NCBI GenBank assembly: GCA_001179505.1
Contig: CDMY01000348.1
Coordinates: forward strand, 43,836-107,835
Direction of reading: 5' to 3'
Length of the DNA: 64,000 nucleotides
Origin: Vitrella brassicaformis CCMP3155
Taxonomy: Eukaryota; Protista; Chromerida
Shown in pieces: positions 1 to 11,102 of the stretch. The position numbers were made by a program, and so were the translations under genes. Numbering within the stretch: position 1 is the stretch's first letter; every line of letters starts with the position of its first letter. The notes under the pieces were generated by a model that was not told where the DNA came from, made no database searches, and worked only from the letters and a program-made list of their open reading frames with translations.

Positions 1-384
1 TTATTTCAAAGGCACTGTGGCAAGTAGGGCCGTACACGTGGTCGACGGTAGTCCGTGAATGGTGCGCATGAAGCAGGGACCAAGGACCTTGCGTAGCCCT
101 TGCTTAAGATCGCTGTCTGCGGGCGTGGATGTGACATCTGCACATCGACCTCTAGTAGCAGATATCAAAGGAGAGGATTGAATCGATGGCATTCTTGGTT
201 TGGAGGCGAGCATGGTGAGCCATTCATCTCACAGACACGTCCAGCGTCATGCACACGACAACGATATCCATTGACATCACACACATCGTCCGGATCCATC
301 CCATCAGAAGGTGCGTCCATCACTACAACTACCCTCCCTCTGCTGCTTATCTATCAGCTGCCTGTCTACTCCACCATCCATCCG

Positions 385-2321
385 TCATTCGGCCACGCCT
401 GCAGCAGCTGACGACGATGGGGTGGCCGCTGCCGCAGCAGTAGCAGGACCTACAGACAGGCACACAACCATCGAAGGTCCGTTCACACTCATCAAACATT
501 TCTTATGTGTGTTCTCTCGTGACGCTGACCACCACCAGTACCAGCAGAGGGGACAGCTACCAGCTGGTTCCCAAACAGCAGTTGTACGTCCGTCCCCAAC
601 TGCTGACGCACCAGCTGCACCGTCTGCGGGAATCGGGCGGCACCACTCTGGCCCGCCGCAGGACGCTCCGTCGTGTAGAGGTTGGCGAACACACTGTCGG
701 GGTAGAGGCCGATGATGTGGAGATGTGCCTTGAATGAGTGATCGGGCTGGTCTCCGTGCAGCACTATCACGCGGCCTTCATGTTGTCTCATCAGCTGTCC
801 GACCGAGTGGCCCGTGCTGGTTGTGTGAAGCTTGAACCGCTGGAGAGAAAGAGAGACAACATGAGGGCAGCTCAGCTGGTGAGGCGGTTCGTGTGCGTGG
901 GGCTGGCTGACCAGTCGATTGCAGCGTGTGAGATGCCCTTGCTGGACGACATTGTGGAACGCGACGTTCGTTCCTCCATAGCGCAAGCTGATCACACGCA
1001 GCATAGCAGAGCGACGCAGCCGGTGTGTATATGTGTCTGTATGAATCTGTTACGTTACTTGTCCAGCACAACGTCGCGAATCGACGCAAACTCATAATCT
1101 GCAGGCATGCAGACATACACACCCGACCATCCGAGATGATCCATCACCAACCCACGTCTCTCCCTCCTCCTCACCTTGATACACACACACGGGGTTGGCC
1201 CGGTCGAATCTATCGCGGCGTCTTCGGGTGGGGATGGTGAGCGGATGCCCGCCCAGCAGCTCCTCGCCCTTGACGCGCCGCAGCGCCATGCCAAGGTGGC
1301 GGCCGATGAGTGAGAGCTGCCGCAGCGCCTCACACCGGCTGTCGTACACCCACCGGCTGCCCACCCCCTCCACATCGCCACTGTCCAGGTATATCGGCAA
1401 CTTGCCGCCGCCCCGCCCCTGATGCTTCGCCACCCTAATGATGGGCTCCCAGCCCTCCCACTCGCCGCTCTTCTGAATGATGTACAGCAGCCGCAGCAGG
1501 TGACCGATGGATGCCAGCTCGTAGCTGATGATGCCTTTGAGGCCCTTTGCAGCAAGCTCAGCGTCGATCTGCGTCTTCACATATGCCACCGACACACGTC
1601 GGCTGCCGAGTGCGCAGGTGCTGTGGAGGTGGGACAGGCCGCCGGGGCCGAGCAGAGGGAAAAAGACGTCACGCTCTACGTCCGATGGCAGGTCGAATAG
1701 GCGAAGCTGCTGGCCCTGCTGAACCGCAAATGGAGGCGGAGTGAGAGGTGTGTGTGTCATCTGTGTGTCTGTCTGGGTGTGTACCGTGTTGCTGTCATTC
1801 TGATCTCGATGCGCACTCTCAACTAATGTAAAACCCTCATGCACCTGGACACACCACAACACACACATACATACACGCACACAAGGTGGATCCTTCAGCA
1901 GCCACCGGACCAATCGGCACATGAGAACGCCTGCCTACCTGTGGGCCGTGCGGCGATGTCTTGGCCATGTCCGGCACCACCACAACGAGCTGCTCACGGC
2001 GGCCGTCCACCATCTCTTTCTCAGTCATATACACTTTCGTCGCCCCACCGACATCCTCAGTGCGAGCCATAGCAGCCGTCACCCACTCCTGCTTGCCCTT
2101 CTCACGCTTGTTCGTCACCATCCACACACGAGTGCCTTTCTTGTAGCGCTCGTGGGACGACGGCAACGTCTGACATGCACATGGATGGATGAAACCAACA
2201 AACAACAAACAAACAAACCAGCCATGTGAATGAGTGAGTGAATGAATGGGTGAAACGGATGTACCTGTTGCTGCGGCAAGTCTGCAGCAGCGGATGACGA
2301 CGACGCTGCAGCAGCTGCCAT
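385..2321 (-). CDS. Multi-exon lineage-specific protein of unknown function (about 7 exons), with a possible SH3/Tudor-like N-terminal segment
   Basis: Phase-consistent GT-AG splicing joins MAAAAASSSSAAADLPQQQ (ATG 2321), TLPSSHERYKKGTRVWM...GPQ, VHEGF...SNT, QGQQLRLFDLPSDVERDVFFPLLG...VYQ, DYEFASIRDVVLD, NLRYGG...GTGG and GPATAAA...GVAE* (stop 385-387). The LFDLPSDV start resembles a pattern I associate with expanded Vitrella families (recollection, not searched). Confidence 0.6.
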
Positions 2322-2613
2322 GGCTTGGTCAAATACGACGCACGCCTGACGCACGCCAGAGGATCAGGCACATCCCTCTCGGCATCCATCCATCCTTCTC
2401 GTGCAATCTCCTTGCTCACCGGAGTCACCGGAAGATACGATGAATGTGGCCTCTCAAGTCACCGAGAAAGCTTCTCATCCCGTGCGCATAGGCAAAGGTG
2501 GGCGAAAGCTCGCACATGTGCGATCGCAAAAAGCGCCGCGAGAAGCATTCAGGAGGGCGAATTGTTCCCGAGTCGGGTTCTTTGCAATGGTATCGTGTGC
2601 CTGAGACGATAGG

Positions 2614-3155
2614 ATGACAGACTCAAGCAGCGCCGCGGCAGCCCCAGCGCTCAAGCAGGTGGCTGAGGCAGATGACTTGTTCGACAGTGAGGGCCGCCCG
2701 AAGGACCCCGAGCCGATGGAGAGGCTGGAGCTGAGAACGGTAGGTACCCGCTGCAGAAGAAGAAGAGAGAGGCGCGGATTTGTGTGATCGTGGGGCCTCT
2801 CTCCTGTGTGTCACGTCGGGCAGGTTGAGCTCTCTGAGGAGCACTGGGGGTATGTAGAGAAGCATCCGGAGCTGCGGCAGCTCCTCACTGACTTCCTGGC
2901 ATCGGTGCTCCTGCACACACCAGTAACTACTAGGCACACAAGCCAGGCATCCGACAGACAAGTGGGGCTGGCGGATGTTGGTTGCTTGTCTCTGTGTCCG
3001 AGCCACAGGAGGACGTGTTTGCGTTTGCCCGTGAGTATTTCTCAGTCTTTGTGCCAAGCGATGAGCATGAGCAGCCGCCCCAGGTGGCCGACCAGGGCGA
3101 GCAGGATGAAGAGCCAACTGCGGACGGCACAGAGGGTGCGGCCGTTTCGTCATGA
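2614..3155 (+). CDS. Small RIIa-like dimerization/docking-domain protein (RIIAD1/CATIP C-terminus-like, probably flagellar)
   Basis: Three phase-0 exons (2614-2739, 2824-2922, 3009-3155) give MTDSS...LELRT/VELSEEHWGYVEKHPELRQLLTDFLASVLLHTP/EDVFAFAREYFSVF...*. HPELRQLLTDFLASVLLHTPEDVFAFAREYF fits the RIIa D/D-domain pattern. Confidence 0.7.
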
Positions 3156-3667
3156 GCTGCTGCTGATTGACCGACGCAGGACTTGCTGTGAGGGTGCGGC
3201 TGCTGGTACTGGTACCTGCATCGACCGATGTCTGTTGGACTCGATTGTATGCGAATGGATGGAAGAAACTGTTGGTTGACAAAGCCTGCCTTTGTGGTTG
3301 GTGGTTTGCATCTCTCTGTCTCATGCAGACATCACATCCTTACACGCGCACATGCATTGGCACATCCCCTGCTATTGGGGGCAATCACTGGCAGGCAGAC
3401 AGACAGGCAGGCAGACAGACAGGCAGACAGACAGGCAGGCAGACAGACAGGCTACACTATAATTAATTCGTTGTCTAGACCGACACACAAACTTACTCAC
3501 CTACACACCACTCGCCGATAGATGTAACTTCGTTTGCAGAGCTCGATGCCACGCACACGCATACCGTCGACTGCTCACATACATAAAAACCAGAGCGGCG
3601 CACGACACACACTCCCTCGCTGCCACCCACACACATGTACTAGCTAATTAATTTTCGCTCATGCCAT

Positions 3668-6600
3668 TCACGCCGTCAGCAGCGCATCAGCGGGCCCCTT
3701 GCGCTGTGCATCATCATCACCATGGTGCGGCATCGGCCGCACATCGAGGAGGGCAAGGGCCTTGGACTTGACGTCAGCTGGCAGCTTGGTCAGCCCTTGC
3801 ACCTGACAGACAGACAGACAGACAGAGGAAGGACATCAAATGCACTTGCGCGTGTGTGTGTGGTCGGTCGCACCTCCTTGATAGCGTTGGGCAGTAGTGT
3901 ATCGATGGCCTCTTGGACGAGCTGCGGTGCGGTGGCGGGGTTGTATGTGAGTTTGATGCCCTGGAGGGACAGGGCTATCACACTCTGGTAATCCTCCTCA
4001 TACACCTGACAACATACACACACACACACACCTCGGAGTCATGCGGCCCAGCGATGGGGAAGAAGGGAGGGGGGGGGCGTCTTGCTCACCGTGGTGTTGC
4101 GGCCCCACTGATTGTCCAGCAGCACCTTGACCTTCTTCGCACGTGACACCCTGAACACACACACACACACACACCATGTGCGACCTCTCCGTTTCTCCCT
4201 CCCTGTGTGTGCTTGTGGGTCTTACAGTTTTGGGAATCCCCTCCTCAGCAGCGGGGTTGCTGGTGTGAAGAGGGACGTGATGGCCACAATCATCTCCTCT
4301 GTCAGCGGACGCAGGTCGACGAGCTGTGTGTTTGAAGCACACGCACACCCACACAAAGGAAAGAAGAGACGCCGCAAGTGTGGTGTGCAGCCAGCTTTCC
4401 TTCTGTCTCTCTGTCTGTCTATCTGTCTCTCTGTCTGTCTCTTTGTCTGTCTGCAGGTAGGCCGGCAGGGCTTACGTGTACTGTCAGAGTGAGCGTCTCG
4501 CCATCGTACGTCCAGCAGTCAGCCAAGCACCTTTCCCCCAGGTCAGCACGCTCAATCTAAACACACAACACACACACACACACTCCTCCTCCTCCCTCTC
4601 CCTCCCCTGCCCCGGTCCACCCACCAGTCTGTCGCCGATGGACACGGCCTTTGGCGGCCAAGTGCCCGCCACGCGGATCTCATACTGCCTCTCAGTCGGC
4701 AGGAAGGGCAGGACCGCGGGGCTTTTGGCTGTGCCTGGCGGGGAGATGATGATGGCGTAGCCCTCAACGCCAGACGAGTAGCTCACGTTGGTGTACGCGA
4801 AGGCACCGTCCTCATAGCTGTTCACACAAGGAAGGTCAGAACGACAGACAGAAGGGAATGTGCATGGGGTGTCTGTCTGTCTGTCTGTGTGGTGTTGCGT
4901 CACGTACCCCTGTGACCATCCGTCGTCCTCATAGACGCCTCCGAATCCCTCCGTGTCGGTCTCGGTCATGATGCCGCCGGCGTAGAAAGTGAGACCCAGG
5001 CAGGACGGCAGCACATTTGACGTGCGTATACTCCTACATAGAGAGAGAGAGAGAGAAATCCAAGGCAGTGGGGTGGGTGGGTAAGGTGTGGTGCGTGTTG
5101 CCAGGAGGTGAGGTACCCTTGAGGCCCTTTGCATTGGCTGTCGGCCCTCATGCCGCCCACCGTGGGAATGACCTGACCCACGCGAGCGAAGACGGGCATC
5201 TCTGAGAGGTCATATGTCCAGGTCAGCTCGGCCGGGCCTTTCACACCGATGCCCCACCCCACCTCTACACACACACACACACGGCCACGCACACACGGCA
5301 GGTCGGCACAAGTGTGGATGAGTGAGTGCATGGCCCCATGCACCCTGACCGTAGAAGATGCTGCTAGGCGGTATCCATATCTTCTTCTCGGCGAGGCCGG
5401 TGGTGTTGTCGACCGGGGCGGTGACGGGCGCCACCAGCATGTCGTCGCCGAAGTAATACTGACCCTTCCCGTACCTGACAGACAGAGAGGGACAGCATCA
5501 TGGCAACAGAGGGACAGATCAGCCATCGTGTGTGCTGTGTCTTACTCGTATGCCTTGTCTTCCTGCGGGTCTTGGTAATACATGGGTCGCAGCAGCGCCA
5601 GCCCGTCGTCATAGGCACGGCGGCCTTGCGAGTAGATGTAGGGGACGAGCTCGGCCCGCCTCCTCATGAATGTGCGCATGATGTCGTAGTAGGTGTTGGG
5701 GTACACCCATATCCTCCGGTCGTTGCCGAACTCCTTGCTGGAGTGGGGCCGCATGCAGGGCGAGAAGGCGCCCCACTGAATCCAACGCGTGTACATCTCG
5801 GCTGGGCACGGCTGCACACACACACACGCACACACACACACACACGCACACACACACACACACGCACGCACGCACAGGCAGACGGCAATGCATGTCTGTG
5901 GCCCCTGAAGGCGTGTCGCCCGTCTGGCTCACCTTGAGGTGTCCGCCGAGGTCGTGTGACCAGTAGCTGAATAGCACGTTGGCTGCGGTGAGAGTGAACT
6001 GCACCTGGAACTTGAGCGACGCCCAGCTGGGGTTGACGTCGCCACTGAAGCCCAACGCATACCTGACAGCCACGGACGGCACGGCCACAGAGAGAGAAAC
6101 GCAAAGTGAATCAGATGGCCACACGGATTTCTGCCGTGTGTGTGTGTGTGTGGACGTGCCTGTGGTTGCCGAGCCCGCCCCATCGGCCAAAGAGGATCGG
6201 CCGCCGACGCGTCTCGGGAGTACCCGACTCCATACCCTGTACGCGCACAGACACAGACAGACCATCATCAATATGTCCTTTCACCGTCCGTGTCTGTGTA
6301 TGTGAAGGGGGGGGGAGGGGACAGTGCACTGACCGATTTGGAGAAGTGTGGTTTGCTCCAGAACAGGTGGTTGAGCCAGAAGGTTGGGTTGACATCCGGC
6401 TGCTTCATCCAGGTCTCCCCCTGCTGCCAGTCCAGCCACCAGAAATCAACGCCCTCCACCTCCCTCTTGGCGAGGGTGATGTTGAACTGAGTGAGACAAG
6501 GAAAGAAGAATAGGCATATCCACCCATGCACACGAGTGAGTAATGGCCTCTCTTGCAAGCACCGCTCACCCATGCGAACATGTTGTGTGGGTCGGACGGC

Positions 6601-8480
6601 TTGAACGGCACGAATTTCCCGGATGCGGGGTCGATCCCCATCTCTGTCGCCACATCGGGATAGGTGTCCTCCCAGGGCTCGATGCCGCCAGCGGGATGCT
6701 GAGACAGACAGACAGACAGACACACAGACACACACCGTCACACAGGCAGAGACACAGACAGATGGACTGTCTGTCTGTCTGTCTGTGGGGCGCTCGTGTA
6801 TACCAGGTTGAGTGTGGTTGAGAGGCCTCTTCTGTCAATATATTGGAGGAACTTGGAGGGGCTGGGGAACAGAGTGCGGTCCCAGGTGTAGCCTGCAATG
6901 CATTTAACGCACACACACACACACACACAAGGCAGGAATGCACCACACCACCTGCTGCCGACTTCTGAGTGTCAACACCCACCCACCTGTCCATCCCTTG
7001 GGTTGGTGCGCCTGGTCTCTCGATGCGTTCATCGCCCGCTCCTTCTCGAAACTCGGGTGCCAATTCATGTCAATCACTGACATACCAACCACGCAACCAC
7101 ACACACACACACACACACGACTCTTTCTCCCGCTACCCCAGCCCGCGTCCCCTCTGCCCCCACTCACCGAGCACGTCGAGTGGAATGTCCCTCTCCTCAT
7201 ACTCCTTGACAATGTCCCGGAGCTCCACATCGCTCCACGACCAGTAGCGCGAGTACCACCCGCCGTAGGCATATCGCGGCAGCAAAGGGATCTTGCCCAT
7301 CATCTTACTCATCGCCTTAAGCGTCCCCTTGTAGTCGATGCCGTCCGGCGACCCATGGCCGATGAAGTACCAGTCGCGTGTGGCATGGCTGCGGGTGGGC
7401 ACGTACCAGCATGATGGACCAGACTCGGGGTCCTCATCATAGCAGCACCCTCGACCCTGAGCAAACGAAAGAATGAGCCACACCATGATGATGTCTGTGT
7501 CAATGGATGCCTTCCCTTCACCCTTTTCGTTCACCGACCAGGCAGTCGAGCGGCACAATGCTGTCCTCTCCGCAGCCCCGCCTCTCCTCCACCTTGACGG
7601 CCGCACACTCCTCGTCGCTCGCCTCATCGACCTGAGGTCGCTCGTACCAGCCGATGCCCATGGCCTGCATGTGCTCAGGAGGAGCGGTGAAGCGGGGGCG
7701 GTTGGTGTCGTCGACAACAGTGTAGCCCTGCGTCGACAGCAGACCATATGTGCAGTGGAGGTCGTAGCGGTCCTGGTTGGCGCAGTCCAGGTCAAGCCAG
7801 CCGTCAACGCCATCTGCAATGGGGATCAAGGAGGGAGAAGTGGGTGGATACATAAAGTTGGGAGAGCGCGTTCTGTTCTTATCCTTCCCCACCAACCAAG
7901 AGTGCGGACAGTGCCCAGCAGGTTCCCCTTGTTTGCGTCACCGACGCTGCACAGCACACAAATGAGAAACACTGTCTTCAGATAGATCGGGTCGACCTTT
8001 CCCCTCTTCAGCATGCCATGCCCACCCACCCTTCTGGCTTCGGAGTCCACACGACATCGCCCATCGTCACACGAAGATTCGACGGAGAGAACGCAGTCTG
8101 CGCACACGCACCCCAGCCAAACAGAAGACACCAGTAGTACCTTGCCCACCCCAAGATCTCCCACTCCGCCTACTCACCTTGGTCCCTTGGTCATACTCCA
8201 GCTTGAGCGCCTTGGTCGTGATGGTCACCGTCGACCCATTCCTCTCCACGTGATACCGCGGCACATCCAGCTTCCTGTTGATGAAGGCAAACGTCGGCTC
8301 GTCCGTCCAGCGGCCGTCCTCCATACGAATGACGTCGTCCGTCAGCACCGTGAAGCGCGCGGACCCGGCTTGAACGATAGCCGCTGGGTCCGCTGCGGCA
8401 GTACTCATCGCTGAAGATGCAGATGCACGGGAGTGCATGCAACTCAATAAAGCGAGGGTGGACAAACGGATGATCAGCAT
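3668..8480 (-). CDS. Secreted glycoside hydrolase family 31 (WWLDWQQG-type subfamily) with an inserted trefoil domain and C-terminal beta-domains
   Basis: Signal peptide MLIIRLSTLALLSCMHSRASA. Motifs ARFTVLTDDVIRME, GNLLGTVRTLD, PLLPRYAYGGWYSRYW, IPLDV, GVDFWWLDWQQG (nucleophile), YALGFSGD, YWSHDLGG, EMYTRWIQWGAFSPCMRPH, RAELVPYIY and LLRPMYY. Many GT-AG introns; stop at 3668-3670. Confidence 0.9.
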
Positions 8481-8780
8481 CGTTGGAGTGGTCAGAGCGC
8501 GAACGTCGGCCAAGACCTTTGACGTTAGGCGACGTAAGACGGACGCAGGAAAATGGCAGATTCGCGTGCCTGCGCAAGATGCATAATCAACCTTCACCAT
8601 TGGGCCAATTGGAAGGCGGAACTCCCTTCCCGACCCTTGCAAGCCAAGCTCGCAGATCTTGAGCTTGCAGAGGCAAAACCGAAAAAGGACGCTGACGACG
8701 ACCACAATACGACGCCGACGACGGCAGCACTTGTCAATCAATTGGAGAGGCGCTTCCTGAAACTTTCTGACTGCTTTCTG

Positions 8781-8816
8781 AGGTCATCGGCAAGGTCATC
8801 GGCAAGGTCATCGGCA
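8781..8816 (+). repeat. Three perfect direct repeats of AGGTCATCGGCA in the GH31/ferredoxin spacer
   Basis: Read directly at 8781-8792, 8793-8804 and 8805-8816. Confidence 0.95.
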
Positions 8817-8858
8817 GTGTGTTGGGCTCGTGCAGTGGCTCGGAGACCCATCAAAGCA

Positions 8859-9398
8859 ATGCGAGCGGCTCTTATTGAAGCAGCTGCACAGGCACCGAAG
8901 GTGACGTGTGTCCCCCGCGGGTGTCCTCTCGTCCCGTCAGTTGCCTGGTCCGCACCGCTCAGGCTATCACAAGGCCGCATGCCACCACCATTGCCCTTCC
9001 TTCGTCGCTTCAACACGTTATCTGCATCGTCGGCCCCCAAGCTGCGCATAACGTTCGCCAGCTACGACGGCTCAGAGTCGACCCCCTGCCCCTTCACGGC
9101 CGGCCAGACGATGCTGGACGTGGCTCTGGAGAAGGATGTGGACATCGAGGGTGCGTGCGGCGGTCAGTGTGCGTGTTCCACGTGCCATGTCATCATGAAG
9201 GAGGAGGACTACGGCAAGTTCCCCGAGCCGACGGAAGATGAGCTGGACATGCTTGACCTGGCCATGCATCGGCAGGACACCTCTCGATTGGGATGTCAGC
9301 TTAAGCTGACGGAGGAGCATGACGGCATCGAGGTGAAGCTGCCGGCAGAGACGATAAGCCAGCTCGACGGCCCCCATGTGCCGACGGGGAAGGAGTGA
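8859..9398 (+). CDS. Mitochondrial adrenodoxin-type [2Fe-2S] ferredoxin (Yah1/FDX2-like), intronless
   Basis: EGACGGQCACSTCHVI...ELDMLDLA...SRLGCQ cluster motif, preceded by an Arg/Ser/Ala-rich presequence. Start placed at MRAALIE (8859) rather than the ORF-track 8553. Confidence 0.92.
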   Translation: MRAALIEAAAQAPKVTCVPRGCPLVPSVAWSAPLRLSQGRMPPPLPFLRRFNTLSASSAPKLRITFASYDGSESTPCPFTAGQTMLDVALEKDVDIEGACGGQCACSTCHVIMKEEDYGKFPEPTEDELDMLDLAMHRQDTSRLGCQLKLTEEHDGIEVKLPAETISQLDGPHVPTGKE

Positions 9399-9806
9399 AT
9401 GAGCATGCGGGGCTGAGCCAAATGTGTTGCTCTGAGTTGGGAGAGAGGTTTTTTGGGAGGCTGTCGTGTGTCGATCTTGCGCCCGAGCGCATGTTGATTC
9501 AACTGACCTGAGGTCCGCCAGTCGGCCGCCCTTTTTGTCTTTTTGGTGCATCATCTGTCGATTGTTTATATCCGTGTGTGAGAGAATGTGTTGCTAGTGC
9601 CAGCGTGACACTCATAAGACCATGGACTTTGTATGTTCGAATCAAGTATCGTCTTTGGATCTCGCAGACGTCTTCACCCTCCCATGTTCACCCTCTGCAT
9701 GCACTCCCGTCTCTCCCACGAATTGGCAAAAAGAAAAGGAAAGGACAAAAGAAAAAGCGAACGAAACGACCTTCCGGCTAGTATGAATGTGTTGCTGTAT
9801 CTCTGG

Positions 9807-10795
9807 CTAGTAGTACTGGTACTCCATTGGCTCCTCATGTCTCTGGAGCCTCTTCCATTGTAGCTCAAGAAGGTGGTTCACCCTCTGTTGGCGGCGGCCC
9901 TCTATGTCATACGCATGCTGGAGCCACACGCAGCATGCGCAGCGGCTGAACAAGTGCTCCCGAAGCAGCGCCGTGTAGCCGTTGCGAATCCAATCCCTGC
10001 GGTTGGAGATTTTCTTGTAGGCGGCCAACACGTTTTCCACGTCACGCTGAGGCGTGCGGGCGAGGATCGTGTTGGCCCTGTGCCAGGCGTTGTCTGCATC
10101 CTTGACGTCCTGGATCATGCCCAGGGCCTTCTCCAGGCCGCGAAGGTTGCATTCGACGGGGAAGTCTCTGTCGTCGTCTATGCCGCGGACCAGCTTCAAG
10201 ACCAGGTTGCCGCCGCTCGGGCCCCACTTGGCGACGAGCTCTGCACGGAGCTGTGTCAGGGAGAGGCGCGTCGCGCAATAATGGGGGAGGTGAGGATCAA
10301 CGTTGGCGCACACGTTGAGTCGGTCGTCGTCTTCCACGCCTGCGTTGGTCTCGGCATATTCGCACCCTGCGTTGAGAAGGCGTCCGCAGCGAGAGACACA
10401 CCGTACAAAAGCCATAACAGTGACACTGTTTATCCTACCTTCGGTGGGATAGCTCCCGCAATGGTACACTGGGCCGACGAGCGTCGCATTCTCAGTGTGG
10501 GCCTTGAAAGCTGCAACGCAAATTGCATGCAGCACATCAAGCGCTGAATGCGCCGACGCAATGCCACGTGTTTTCGTCCACTTACAGGCTTCCTTATTGC
10601 GGCTGTAGAGCGCATTTGTCGAGGAATACGCGGAGGAGATGGTGCTGATGCATCCTGCAGAAAGGAATGCATCCCACACGTGCATGCAAACGCCTGAATC
10701 ATGATGCATCTGCATTCCGAGGTTCGTGCTGCCTTCAGCTCACCCTGCAGCATGCAGATAATGCTGATGATGAAAAGCAAAGGGAGGTGCGCCAT
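9807..10795 (-). CDS. Putative secreted cysteine-containing orphan protein (2 exons)
   Basis: Hydrophobic MAHLPLLFIISIICMLQG at ATG 10795, then a phase-1 gtgagc donor that splices in frame into the 9807..10715 ORF. No family recognised. Confidence 0.5.
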
Positions 10796-11102
10796 CGCCG
10801 CGTGTCTTAATAGCCGCGTGTTCGTGAAGAGCGATCGGTTTGCGAGCGATCGGTTTTCGGGGCAATCGTGATTCCTAGGCCAGGAATCACACAACGCGAC
10901 TTCATTGACAGACGTTGGGCGGTGGTGAAGTCTCACTCAGTCACTTTGTCAGTCAGTCGGCCCCACCACCCATCGACGCCCCTTGGCACATGCACACCGG
11001 CCCTTGCATAAACAGGCCATTCGTCCCGGCACCGAGATCACAGCAAAGGGATACACAGAGGGCATGGCACGGGATGGAAAGACATCTACAAGCAAGTGAC
11101 TG

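Noticed and set aside
8781-8816. AGGTCA repeats as nuclear-receptor response elements
   Set aside because: Nuclear receptors are metazoan, and nothing here suggests an animal genome.
8553-8858. 102-aa N-terminal extension of the ferredoxin ORF
   Set aside because: It overlaps the shared promoter (octamer, 12-bp repeats); the Met at 8859 already gives a plausible presequence.
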